Below, piece after piece: positions 1 through 8,494 of a DNA stretch of 64,000 nt. The stretch is from Fidelibacterota bacterium. GTDB lineage: Bacteria; Fidelibacterota; UBA2242. The stretch covers positions 29,339 to 93,338 of the forward strand of contig DAOTJS010000004.1 in the NCBI GenBank assembly GCA_035448825.1, read 5' to 3'. The translations under genes and the position numbers were made by a program. Position 1 is the stretch's first letter. The number at the start of each line of letters is the position of its first letter. The notes beneath the pieces are model-generated. The model had not been told where the DNA came from, made no database searches, and saw only the letters and a list, made by a program, of their open reading frames with translations.

Positions 1-1194
1 CATTCGGACAAATTCACCACTTGGTTTCTTTTCCCAGACTTCGTACGAACCGATAACCATTCCGATTCTTTCATCAGAATTGAAGACAGCTACAATTTTC
101 TCAATCGCATCTGATTTTAAACGATCATCAGAATCAAGCTGGACGTAGTAGCGACCGCGGACAATTTTTAAACCAAGATTCAACGATAGTCCAATATTGT
201 TAATATCTGCCACTACCAATCTAACCGACGGCAGACTCGCCTCAAATCTATCACCACCCGGCATGTACCTGCGAACTTCATTAATTGTTGGATCGAGCGG
301 TCCGCCGTTGACTACGACGATTACTTCGATATTTTTCAGCGTTTGCCTGAAGACCGAATTCAGCGCAGTACCGATAAATTCAGGCCGATGATAAACCGGA
401 ATTATTACCGAAGCCAGGCAATCGTATTTTTCGTTTAGATCCGGCCGGCGGTGGTAACCCTGGTCGGGTGCGAGATAAGCTCCGATTCTCTTCAGATGAT
501 TAGTTAAAACTACCTCGGCTTCCAGCTGGGCTTCTTTGCTCACCAACAAATAATCAAAAACATTGTGTTTAACTCCACCGGACACCACTCGATAAAGCGA
601 GCCGTCTATTTTATTGGCAATGTGAACCAATTTATATTTTTCCGATAACTTTAGACGAATGTCATATAAGGCGTTGTATTTCAATGACTGATCAAAACCG
701 CCAACTGCTTCCAAAGCCGCTTTACTGAGCAGAAACACCTTGCCATAATCCTGATTATCACGTAAACGACCGGAATGATGTTTCAGAAGTCGGATTTCCT
801 GAATTACCTCATTATTAACTAAATCGTAGTCACTATATAACATCCCCAAATCAGGATATTTTTCAGCTATTAGGGAGGCAACATCAAGGAACGAATGTTT
901 CAGTATGACTTCGGCAACCGAATTATCAATGGATAAAATATATTTACCCTTTGCTGATTGCACCGCTCTATTCAACGTTCGGCTGAAATTACCTGCCTCC
1001 CGAATTATCTCCAGTGGAAGTGAGCAACAATCAAATTCAGGAACTGGCTGATCCGCCTGACATAAAACCAGAACTTCAAGCGGTAAACAGGATTGATTAA
1101 AAACCGAAGTCAAAGTTCGAGCAAACTGGTCTGCCATCTCAGGAATGTAATGTAAAACGACACTAACTGCGCTGAAGGTATTAGTTGATTTCAT
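1..1194 (-). CDS. Glycosyltransferase family 2 protein with two tandem GT2-like domains; partial, C-terminus lies beyond the window start
   Basis: Absent from the ORF track because it is edge-truncated. My own minus-strand translation from ATG at 1194..1192 (MKSTNTFSAVSVVLHYIPEMADQF...) stays open to base 1. The second domain shows GT2 signatures VIIPVYHRPEFIGTALNSVFRQTLKNIEVIVVVNGG and a DxD-type QLDSDD. Confidence 0.8.
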   Translation of the reverse strand, partial: MKSTNTFSAVSVVLHYIPEMADQFARTLTSVFNQSCLPLEVLVLCQADQPVPEFDCCSLPLEIIREAGNFSRTLNRAVQSAKGKYILSIDNSVAEVILKHSFLDVASLIAEKYPDLGMLYSDYDLVNNEVIQEIRLLKHHSGRLRDNQDYGKVFLLSKAALEAVGGFDQSLKYNALYDIRLKLSEKYKLVHIANKIDGSLYRVVSGGVKHNVFDYLLVSKEAQLEAEVVLTNHLKRIGAYLAPDQGYHRRPDLNEKYDCLASVIIPVYHRPEFIGTALNSVFRQTLKNIEVIVVVNGGPLDPTINEVRRYMPGGDRFEASLPSVRLVVADINNIGLSLNLGLKIVRGRYYVQLDSDDRLKSDAIEKIVAVFNSDERIGMVIGSYEVWEKKPSGEFVRM

Positions 1195-1447
1195 AAGCAA
1201 TTTTTGAAACGTTTGGGAATTTTAAAATGCCTAACGAGTTGTCTGATGAAACTACTGATAAGCTAATTCTCACGAACATAAAACTAATAAATTCCCTATC
1301 AAATAACTAAACATTTTAGTGACGATCGGCAATTTCTACGATTATTAACGCAAAATTATCAAAGGTGACCTGATTTTCCCCAAACCCATCGGACAACCAA
1401 TTATCTTAATGCCAATCTAATCGCTATGTTTTGGAAAAAGTGAAAAA

Positions 1448-1828
1448 ATGAAGACTCATCAAATAATCGAATTAGCGAAAAACCAAAAACTTAAAACAAC
1501 GAGGTCTCAAATGAACAAAATGATTAGAATTGGTGCGTTTCTTATCCTTTTGGTCGGTTTATTATTTTCGGCTTACCGGCTGGGATCTGAAAAAGGTAAC
1601 ACTTCGATTCTCTCAGTCACGACTACGGCTCAGGACTTCAACTCGGTATTAGCTAGCAGTTTGGAACAGTTAGAAAAAACCGCGCCAGAAACTACAACCG
1701 GTAAGATCATCATAAATGTGGATGATGCCGCTATTATCGTGACGGTTAAAATGAAAGATTTACAAAAATTAACCCGTACTGAAATTCCATTCGACCAATT
1801 TATCCGCACTTATTTGAAGTTTTCGTAA
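1448..1828 (+). CDS. Hypothetical small membrane-anchored protein
   Basis: 126-aa ORF with one hydrophobic segment (IGAFLILLVGLLFSAY), followed by a hairpin terminator. An internal start at MNKMIRIG is possible. No recognisable family. Confidence 0.5.
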   Translation: MKTHQIIELAKNQKLKTTRSQMNKMIRIGAFLILLVGLLFSAYRLGSEKGNTSILSVTTTAQDFNSVLASSLEQLEKTAPETTTGKIIINVDDAAIIVTVKMKDLQKLTRTEIPFDQFIRTYLKFS

Positions 1829-1850
1829 AATTTCCTCACTCGCAGAAAGC

Positions 1851-1890
1851 AGGCGCAGAAACTCAAATTTTCTGCGCCTGGTGGCTTTTA
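1851..1890 (+). terminator. Rho-independent terminator candidate
   Basis: 11-bp stem AGGCGCAGAAA (1851-1861) / TTTCTGCGCCT (1869-1879) with a 7-nt loop, followed by the T-rich GGTGGCTTTTATTTC. Confidence 0.55.
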
Positions 1891-1975
1891 TTTCAAAGGT
1901 TATGATTAAAGTTTAAAATTTTCTTAAAAAATACACATCCATAAATATTCTTTTGTGTAAATTGATTAAGACATT

Positions 1976-4945
1976 ATGAACACGAAAGAACTCAACTACT
2001 ATTATAACAAATTCAAATATGGCGAGGACTGTTACCACTATCTGATGGCTAACAAGGTTAAGGAAATATTATTGGTTTCAACTTTCTATGATGCTTTTAT
2101 TTTCGAACAAGATGGTCGTTTATCCGAACAGATTTATGGAGAATACCGCCAACTCAATCTTAGTACAGCCCCGATAATTACCAGCGTTCCAACTGGTGAA
2201 GATGCCTTGGCAATATTAAAAGAAAAGAAATTCGATTTGGTGGTAACAATGTTGCGCATTGGTAAAATTACACCATTTGACCTAGCACAGCGCATTAAAG
2301 AAGAAAATCCAGAATTGCCAGTTTTGCTTCTATTAAACATGCTGTCGGATGTCAAACTAACTAATATTCGTGAAGGCAAATTAAAGTATTTTGATGATAT
2401 TTTCCTCTGGAACGGCGATACAAAATTATTTTTAGCAATGGTAAAATCAGTTGAGGACAAGCGTAATTTGGAATTCGACACGAAAAACGGTTTAGTTAGA
2501 ATCGTTCTGTTTGTCGAGGATTCTATACAGTTTTATTCAATTTTGCTTCCTTTATTATATGAAGAAATCATTAAACAGACCCAACTTCTTATTGATGAAG
2601 AACTGACTGACATTAATAAGCGTCTCTTAATGCGCACTCGGCCGAAAGTCATTCTGGCTCATAATTATGAAGAAGCCATGAACATTTTTACCGATTATCA
2701 GGAGTACATCCTTGCAGTTATTTCGGACATTAGTTTTTTGCACAAAGGTAAGATCGATTCTGAAGCCGGTATTAAATTAATTTCAAAAGTAAAAGAAAAC
2801 GAATATGATATTCCAACGATACTACTATCATCCGAAGATAAAAATTATAATAAAGCCGCTCAATTAGGTTCCTTCTTCTTACATAAAAAATCTAAGCACC
2901 TTTTGCTTGAGCTCCGTACCTTTATTAAAAACAACCTTGGCTTTGGCGACTTTATCTTTCGGGATGGAAGTGGTCGTGAAATCGAACGTGCTCATAATCT
3001 GATAGAATTAGAAGAAAAACTCCAAACGATTCCCGACGAATCTCTCGTTTATCATAGTAAATCAAATCATTTTTCTTCATGGCTAATTGCCCGGGGTGAA
3101 ACAAGAATAGCTCGTCAGTTAAGACTTGTCACCGTAGAGGATTTCGAAACTGTCGCAGAATTGCGTCAACACCTCATCACTACATTCAGAACAATACGTA
3201 AAGCTCGCAATACGGGTAAAATTATCAGCTTTAGCCCTCAAAATCTTTCCGAAAACACCCTGATTTCAAAACTCAGCGAAGGTTCATTAGGTGGCAAAGG
3301 TCGCGGTTTAGCTTTTTTGAATGCTCTTCTTGTGGCTATGGATTTCTCAAAAATATTTCAAAATATTCGAATTAGCTTACCAACTACTGCTGTTATTGGC
3401 ACCAATGAATTTGATGATTTTATTATTCGCAATAAAATCAATGATCTAATGTTGGAAGAAAAATCCGACGCTGAAATAGATCAAATATTTATAAACGGTC
3501 AACTTTCAGAAGAACTAACTAATAAATTGAAAATTTTTCTTGATTACATCCGATATCCTTTAGCAGTACGCTCTTCCGGTTTACTTGAAGATTCCTATGC
3601 TCAACCGTTTGCAGGCATTTACAGAACTTATATGCTGCCTAATAACGCTGCTAATACACTAAATAGATTTGAACAATTAGTGACTGCCGTGAAGTTAGTA
3701 TTTGCTTCCATTTATATAAAAAGCGCGCGCAATTATATAGAGAACTTGAATCATCAAGTCGAAGAAGAAAAGATGGCAGTCATCATCCAGCAGTTGGTTG
3801 GTTCTCCTATGGGAAATGATTATTTTATGCCGCATTTTTCTGGTGTAGCCCAATCGTATAATTTCTACCCGATTACCAGCTTAAAAAATGAAGATGGCAT
3901 CGCCAGTGTAGCTATTGGTATGGGGAAATCAGTTATAGAAGGCGGTCGGAGCTTTCAATTTTGCCCACGTTATCCACATCTTGAATTTATCCAGCCACAA
4001 GCTTTAGTGGTAAATTCACAGAAAAAATTCCTGGCTTTAAATATGAAAAGTTCTGCTCACAACCTTATAAAGGGAGAAGATGTTACCATATCCGAATTGT
4101 CACTAAGCGAAGCGGAAACATTCGGGATTCTGGATCAAATGGCTTCTGTCTGGGATATGGCAAACGAGCGGTTAATTCCGGGCATCAATATTCCAGGACC
4201 GCGAGTAATCACATTTGAAAACATTCTAAAAAATGAGACTTTCCCATTAGCCGATATACTAGATAAACTGCTGGAAATCGGAGAAAAAGCTCTCGGGACT
4301 CCAGTTGAAATCGAATTCGCAGTCAATCTTACTAATAAACCACAGGATGATGTTTTTCCGACTTTCTACCTTTTACAAATTCGCCCTCTGGCAGTTGAAT
4401 CGTCAGGCATTTCAATTTTCGATGAAACTCCAGATCGTACAAAATTATTTCTTTATACCGAAAAAGGAATGGGCAACGGTGTTATTCAAAATCTATTTGA
4501 CATTATCTATCTCGATCCTGAAAAATTCGACAATCTCAAAACATTAGAAATGCAAGCTGAAATAGAATCTTTGAATGAAAAAATGAAACACAAAAACCAG
4601 CAATATATTTTAATTGGTCCAGGCCGGTGGGGTTCTCAAGATCGCTTCCTTGGCATTCCGGTAAAATTTATCCAGGTTAGCAATGCCCGAGTAATTGTTG
4701 AAGTCGGTTTGGAAAATTTTAACATTGAACCGTCACAAGGAACTCACTTCTTTCACAACATTGTAGCAATGAAAGTCGGTTATTTTAACATCCCATATAA
4801 CTCAAAAACAGATTTTCTAGATTGGGATTGGTTAAAAAAACAAACTATCGTTGAGAAAACCAATTATTTCGTTCATATTAAAACCGATAATGAATTACGA
4901 GTTTGCATGAATGGAAAAACTGGGGTTTCAGTAATATTTAAATAA
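1976..4945 (+). CDS. Pseudo-receiver + receiver domain protein fused to a PEP/pyruvate-binding (PPDK_N-type ATP-grasp) domain
   Basis: 989 aa. The first CheY-like fold lacks the acidic pocket (LLVSTFYD, DLVVTMLRIG). The second has VEDS and ILAVISDIS. The central GGKGRGLAFL and AVRSSGLLEDS motifs are typical of the PEP synthase / pyruvate phosphate dikinase nucleotide-binding domain. No swivelling His domain was recognised. Confidence 0.75.
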   Translation: MNTKELNYYYNKFKYGEDCYHYLMANKVKEILLVSTFYDAFIFEQDGRLSEQIYGEYRQLNLSTAPIITSVPTGEDALAILKEKKFDLVVTMLRIGKITPFDLAQRIKEENPELPVLLLLNMLSDVKLTNIREGKLKYFDDIFLWNGDTKLFLAMVKSVEDKRNLEFDTKNGLVRIVLFVEDSIQFYSILLPLLYEEIIKQTQLLIDEELTDINKRLLMRTRPKVILAHNYEEAMNIFTDYQEYILAVISDISFLHKGKIDSEAGIKLISKVKENEYDIPTILLSSEDKNYNKAAQLGSFFLHKKSKHLLLELRTFIKNNLGFGDFIFRDGSGREIERAHNLIELEEKLQTIPDESLVYHSKSNHFSSWLIARGETRIARQLRLVTVEDFETVAELRQHLITTFRTIRKARNTGKIISFSPQNLSENTLISKLSEGSLGGKGRGLAFLNALLVAMDFSKIFQNIRISLPTTAVIGTNEFDDFIIRNKINDLMLEEKSDAEIDQIFINGQLSEELTNKLKIFLDYIRYPLAVRSSGLLEDSYAQPFAGIYRTYMLPNNAANTLNRFEQLVTAVKLVFASIYIKSARNYIENLNHQVEEEKMAVIIQQLVGSPMGNDYFMPHFSGVAQSYNFYPITSLKNEDGIASVAIGMGKSVIEGGRSFQFCPRYPHLEFIQPQALVVNSQKKFLALNMKSSAHNLIKGEDVTISELSLSEAETFGILDQMASVWDMANERLIPGINIPGPRVITFENILKNETFPLADILDKLLEIGEKALGTPVEIEFAVNLTNKPQDDVFPTFYLLQIRPLAVESSGISIFDETPDRTKLFLYTEKGMGNGVIQNLFDIIYLDPEKFDNLKTLEMQAEIESLNEKMKHKNQQYILIGPGRWGSQDRFLGIPVKFIQVSNARVIVEVGLENFNIEPSQGTHFFHNIVAMKVGYFNIPYNSKTDFLDWDWLKKQTIVEKTNYFVHIKTDNELRVCMNGKTGVSVIFK

Positions 4946-4947
4946 TT

Positions 4948-5301
4948 CTATTTATCCAGAATATTTTGAATTGCTTGATCCAGTTGATTTTTGGGCAAAG
5001 CGCCAACCAGCATTTGTGGTTGGCCGTTTTTCGGGATAAATAACAGCGACGGAATACTCCGAACCCCAAAATATTCAGCCAGTTCGCCCTCTTCATCGGT
5101 ATTGACTTTATAGATATTTACTTTACCAGCGTATTTTTTACTCAGTTCCTCCAGAACCGGCGCTAACATTTTACAGGGGTAACACCAATCAGCATAAAAG
5201 TCAATTATGCTTGGTAATTTACCCTTGTATTTCCAAGTTTGTTCATTTTCGTAATCAAATATTTCTTTAATGAATTTTGTTTTTGTCATTCGTTCTGTCA
5301 T
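4948..5301 (-). CDS. Thioredoxin family protein (WCYPC active site)
   Basis: 117 aa. The motif DFYADWCYPCKMLAPVLEELS is a variant of WCGPC, and the Trx fold length fits; a cis-Pro region SIPSLLF is present. Confidence 0.85.
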   Translation of the reverse strand: MTERMTKTKFIKEIFDYENEQTWKYKGKLPSIIDFYADWCYPCKMLAPVLEELSKKYAGKVNIYKVNTDEEGELAEYFGVRSIPSLLFIPKNGQPQMLVGALPKNQLDQAIQNILDK

Positions 5302-5914
5302 ATTATTCTCAGTATTTATTTTTCAAGTTGTTTGATTCAAATAATATTTTTGGGTTACATCAGATTAATTTTAGCAAAAATATTTCATCAAAAGTTATCT
5401 CTAATATACATATTAAATTTTTTGTTAATATAAATATATCCTCATATAATCCTTTTTCAAATTAGAAATAACCATCGTCGGCAGTGGATTCAATACACAA
5501 AATAAATTTCAAAATACTTAAAATAATTAAGTATTAATGAAAAATGTTTTTGACAATATCATAATTAATATTATTTTTACAATTAGAAAAAATTGATTTA
5601 GATATTTAGATTCATTTTTTATTAGATTATATTTAAAGTAGAGTTAATTGGTTATTGAGAAAACATAATGAAATATTTTAAAAGATCAACCAGAATGAGG
5701 CAATTGACATCATTATGAATTGCTTTAAACAAAGAGAAAAATGGATAAATTTTCCATGAATATCATTTTGGTTTATATCGTTTATTTTCATTATATTCTA
5801 GCTAATTACAGCGATTTTCCGATCATTTAGACTTTACTGATTCAATTAATATTTCAACAAGGCTTTTTAAAAAGATTTGTCATTTATTATGTTAAAAAGA
5901 AAGGGATAATTATT

Positions 5915-7162
5915 ATGACCAAAAGCAATATTTTCCGAATTGCTCAATTACAACTCGATCGTTGTGCCAAAATTCTGAATCTGGAACCTAACATTCACGA
6001 ATTGTTACGAGTACCAATGCGTGAAGTTAACGTCTCATTACCAGTACGTATGGATGATGGAACTGTTCGAATATTTCGTGGATTTCGTGTTCAGTATAAT
6101 GATGCAAAAGGTCCTACCAAAGGTGGATTGCGTTTTCATCCAGATGAAACCATCGATACCATCCGAGCACTGGCAGCTTGGATGACCTGGAAATGCTCCC
6201 TTATGGACCTGCCTCTAGGAGGTGCAAAAGGCGGAATTATTTGTAATCCGAAAGAACTTTCGCTAACTGAACTTGAACAACTTAGTCGTGCTTATATTAG
6301 AAGTATCTACAATTTTATTGGACCTGAAAAAGATGTACCCGCTCCAGACGTATATACTACCCCTCAAATTATGGCATGGATGATGGATGAATATTCAAAA
6401 ATTGCAGGTGAAAACAAATTTGGGGTTATTACAGGCAAACCTATTTCTTTAGGTGGATCAATCGGTCGAGCGGATGCCACCGGTCGCGGTGGTATCTATA
6501 CCATTCAGGAAGCCGTCAAAGAATGTGACATTGATCTTGAAAAAGCAACTTTCGCTATACAGGGATATGGTAATGCCGGTTACTATACGGCTCATCTTAT
6601 TAAAGCAATATTCGGAAGTAAAATTGTCGCAATCAGTGATAGTCAAGGGGGTATTTATTGTGAACGTGGTTTGGATCCCGAGGTTGTTCTCAATCATAAA
6701 AATAGCACTGGTTCAGTGATCAATACCCCAGATGTCGATCACATTTCTAACGAAGAATTATTAGAGCTAAATGTTGATATCCTTATTCCATCAGCTCTTG
6801 AAGAACAAATCACTAAGAACAATGCCTCAAACATTAAAGCCAAAATAATCGCTGAATTGGCAAATGGACCGACTACACCGGAGGCAGATGATATCCTATA
6901 TCAGAACGGTGTACACATCATACCAGATTTTCTATGTAACGCCGGAGGGGTAACGGTATCTTATCTCGAAATGGTTCAGAATGCCTGCATTTATTATTGG
7001 GACGAAACTCAGGTTTATGATATTCTAAGTAAGCGCATGAAATCAGCCTATTATACGGTGCTTAATACTTCTAAAAAATATAAAATTTCAATGCGCGAAG
7101 CCGCTTATGTCGTCGCTGTTAGCCGGGTAGTTGAGGCAATGAAATTGAGGGGCTGGGTTTGA
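5915..7162 (+). CDS. gdhA: Glutamate dehydrogenase (Glu/Leu/Phe/Val dehydrogenase family)
   Basis: 415 aa. Contains the catalytic Lys motif PLGGAKGGI and the Rossmann motif IQGYGNAGYY, with typical small-GDH length and N-terminal region. Confidence 0.93.
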   Translation: MTKSNIFRIAQLQLDRCAKILNLEPNIHELLRVPMREVNVSLPVRMDDGTVRIFRGFRVQYNDAKGPTKGGLRFHPDETIDTIRALAAWMTWKCSLMDLPLGGAKGGIICNPKELSLTELEQLSRAYIRSIYNFIGPEKDVPAPDVYTTPQIMAWMMDEYSKIAGENKFGVITGKPISLGGSIGRADATGRGGIYTIQEAVKECDIDLEKATFAIQGYGNAGYYTAHLIKAIFGSKIVAISDSQGGIYCERGLDPEVVLNHKNSTGSVINTPDVDHISNEELLELNVDILIPSALEEQITKNNASNIKAKIIAELANGPTTPEADDILYQNGVHIIPDFLCNAGGVTVSYLEMVQNACIYYWDETQVYDILSKRMKSAYYTVLNTSKKYKISMREAAYVVAVSRVVEAMKLRGWV

Positions 7163-7855
7163 GCTAAACGCAAAATAGCCGGTTTTCAATCAATTGCATT
7201 ACTATATTCAGTCAGAAAATAGAGCATTAAAATAAATTAATGATTAATACCGGATTTGTTCCAATGAATACTAAATACTTTTGATTTTATTAGTACCTGA
7301 AGATTTTGAGTTTAAATTATTCTAAATCTCGATAGCATAAGATATTCTCTGTACTACATTGATCAGCTCGGAAATCAATTTAAACGAAAAATCAGTGCAT
7401 TTATAAAAATCCGGCTTCTACTGATAGGCAAGCTCTTAATCATCCTACGCATAGAATCAAAACCAGAAAATGTCTGCTGTTTACGATAGGGTAAGCAATA
7501 AATCAATACTTTCTTATTGTAATGAGATCAAACACCTCCCAAGTTAATTGATATTTTTAAGTTGAAAATAAACGGAAAACTATTACCCTAATCAAAGCTT
7601 GTAACTGATTATTTTCAACATTTGCTCAATATTATCTGTTGACATCTATTTCTCCTTTTACTTTATAAACCACATCTATTTAAAAAGCGGGAAAAAAAAT
7701 TTATTTATCAAATCATTTCTTTATCTACCCACACTTTTCTGTGATGAACCTTATCTGGATTTTTTTATAAAGGAACAAATAATTATTGTTTTTTCATTGA
7801 TAAATAATAGTAGTAGTATAATTTTACGTTTTTTAATAATATATATAGACTTATT

Positions 7856-8491
7856 ATGTTAGCTATAGAGGCATTTTATATGAAAGCAATTAATAAGAGC
7901 GACTTAGACGAGTTTCTTAAGATTAAGGGTGAAGTCAAAGGGGTAGTATTTCAGACTGACGGCAAATATATCCTACAAAAAGAAGGCGAGGAAGGGCTAA
8001 AAAAGTTAGAAAAAAGGATCGCAGAACTTGGATATCCCATTGATTATCGGAAAAAAGGAGAAGCATTAGATTTAAATCCGATTGGATTGCGAATCATTTC
8101 ACTTCTAGTAATCAAGGACACTTTCAATTGGCCAGATTCGGAAATAAGAAATATGGGATATGCGGCGCCGGGATTTTCATTTATAGTAAAACTTTTTATG
8201 CACTTTTTTATTTCATTTAAAAAATCCGCTAATGAGTACCCTTCATATTGGACAATGCATTATACTATCGGCAACCTCGAGGTAATAAATCTGGACGAAA
8301 AATCAAAAGAGATTACGATTCACCTTAACGATTTCAAAGTTCATCCTATTATGTGCCTATATCTTGAGGGATACTTTGAAAGGATTTATGAATTCGCTGT
8401 CGGAAAAGGGAAAGGGAACTGCACGGAGACTAAATGTATGTTTAAAGGCGATCCCTATCATGAATATGTTTTTAAAATGAAAAGGCAATAA
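7856..8491 (+). CDS. Hypothetical protein, possible ligand-binding accessory of the downstream kinase (DUF2378/V4R-like guess)
   Basis: 211-aa ORF. The likely true start is ATG 7880 (MKAINKSD) behind AGAGG. The stop lies 3 nt before the kinase start, implying co-translation. The C-terminus has a Cys/His-containing tail (NCTETKCMFKGDPYHEY). The family assignment is a guess from memory. Confidence 0.5.
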   Translation: MLAIEAFYMKAINKSDLDEFLKIKGEVKGVVFQTDGKYILQKEGEEGLKKLEKRIAELGYPIDYRKKGEALDLNPIGLRIISLLVIKDTFNWPDSEIRNMGYAAPGFSFIVKLFMHFFISFKKSANEYPSYWTMHYTIGNLEVINLDEKSKEITIHLNDFKVHPIMCLYLEGYFERIYEFAVGKGKGNCTETKCMFKGDPYHEYVFKMKRQ

Positions 8492-8494
8492 AAT

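Noticed and set aside
5302-5914. Search for tRNA, rRNA or riboswitch-like structures in the long intergenic regions (5302-5914, 7163-7855, 20700-21010, 51045-51523)
   Set aside because: I found no cloverleaf-compatible stems, conserved riboswitch cores or rRNA-like segments by eye. A covariance-model scan would be needed to exclude them.
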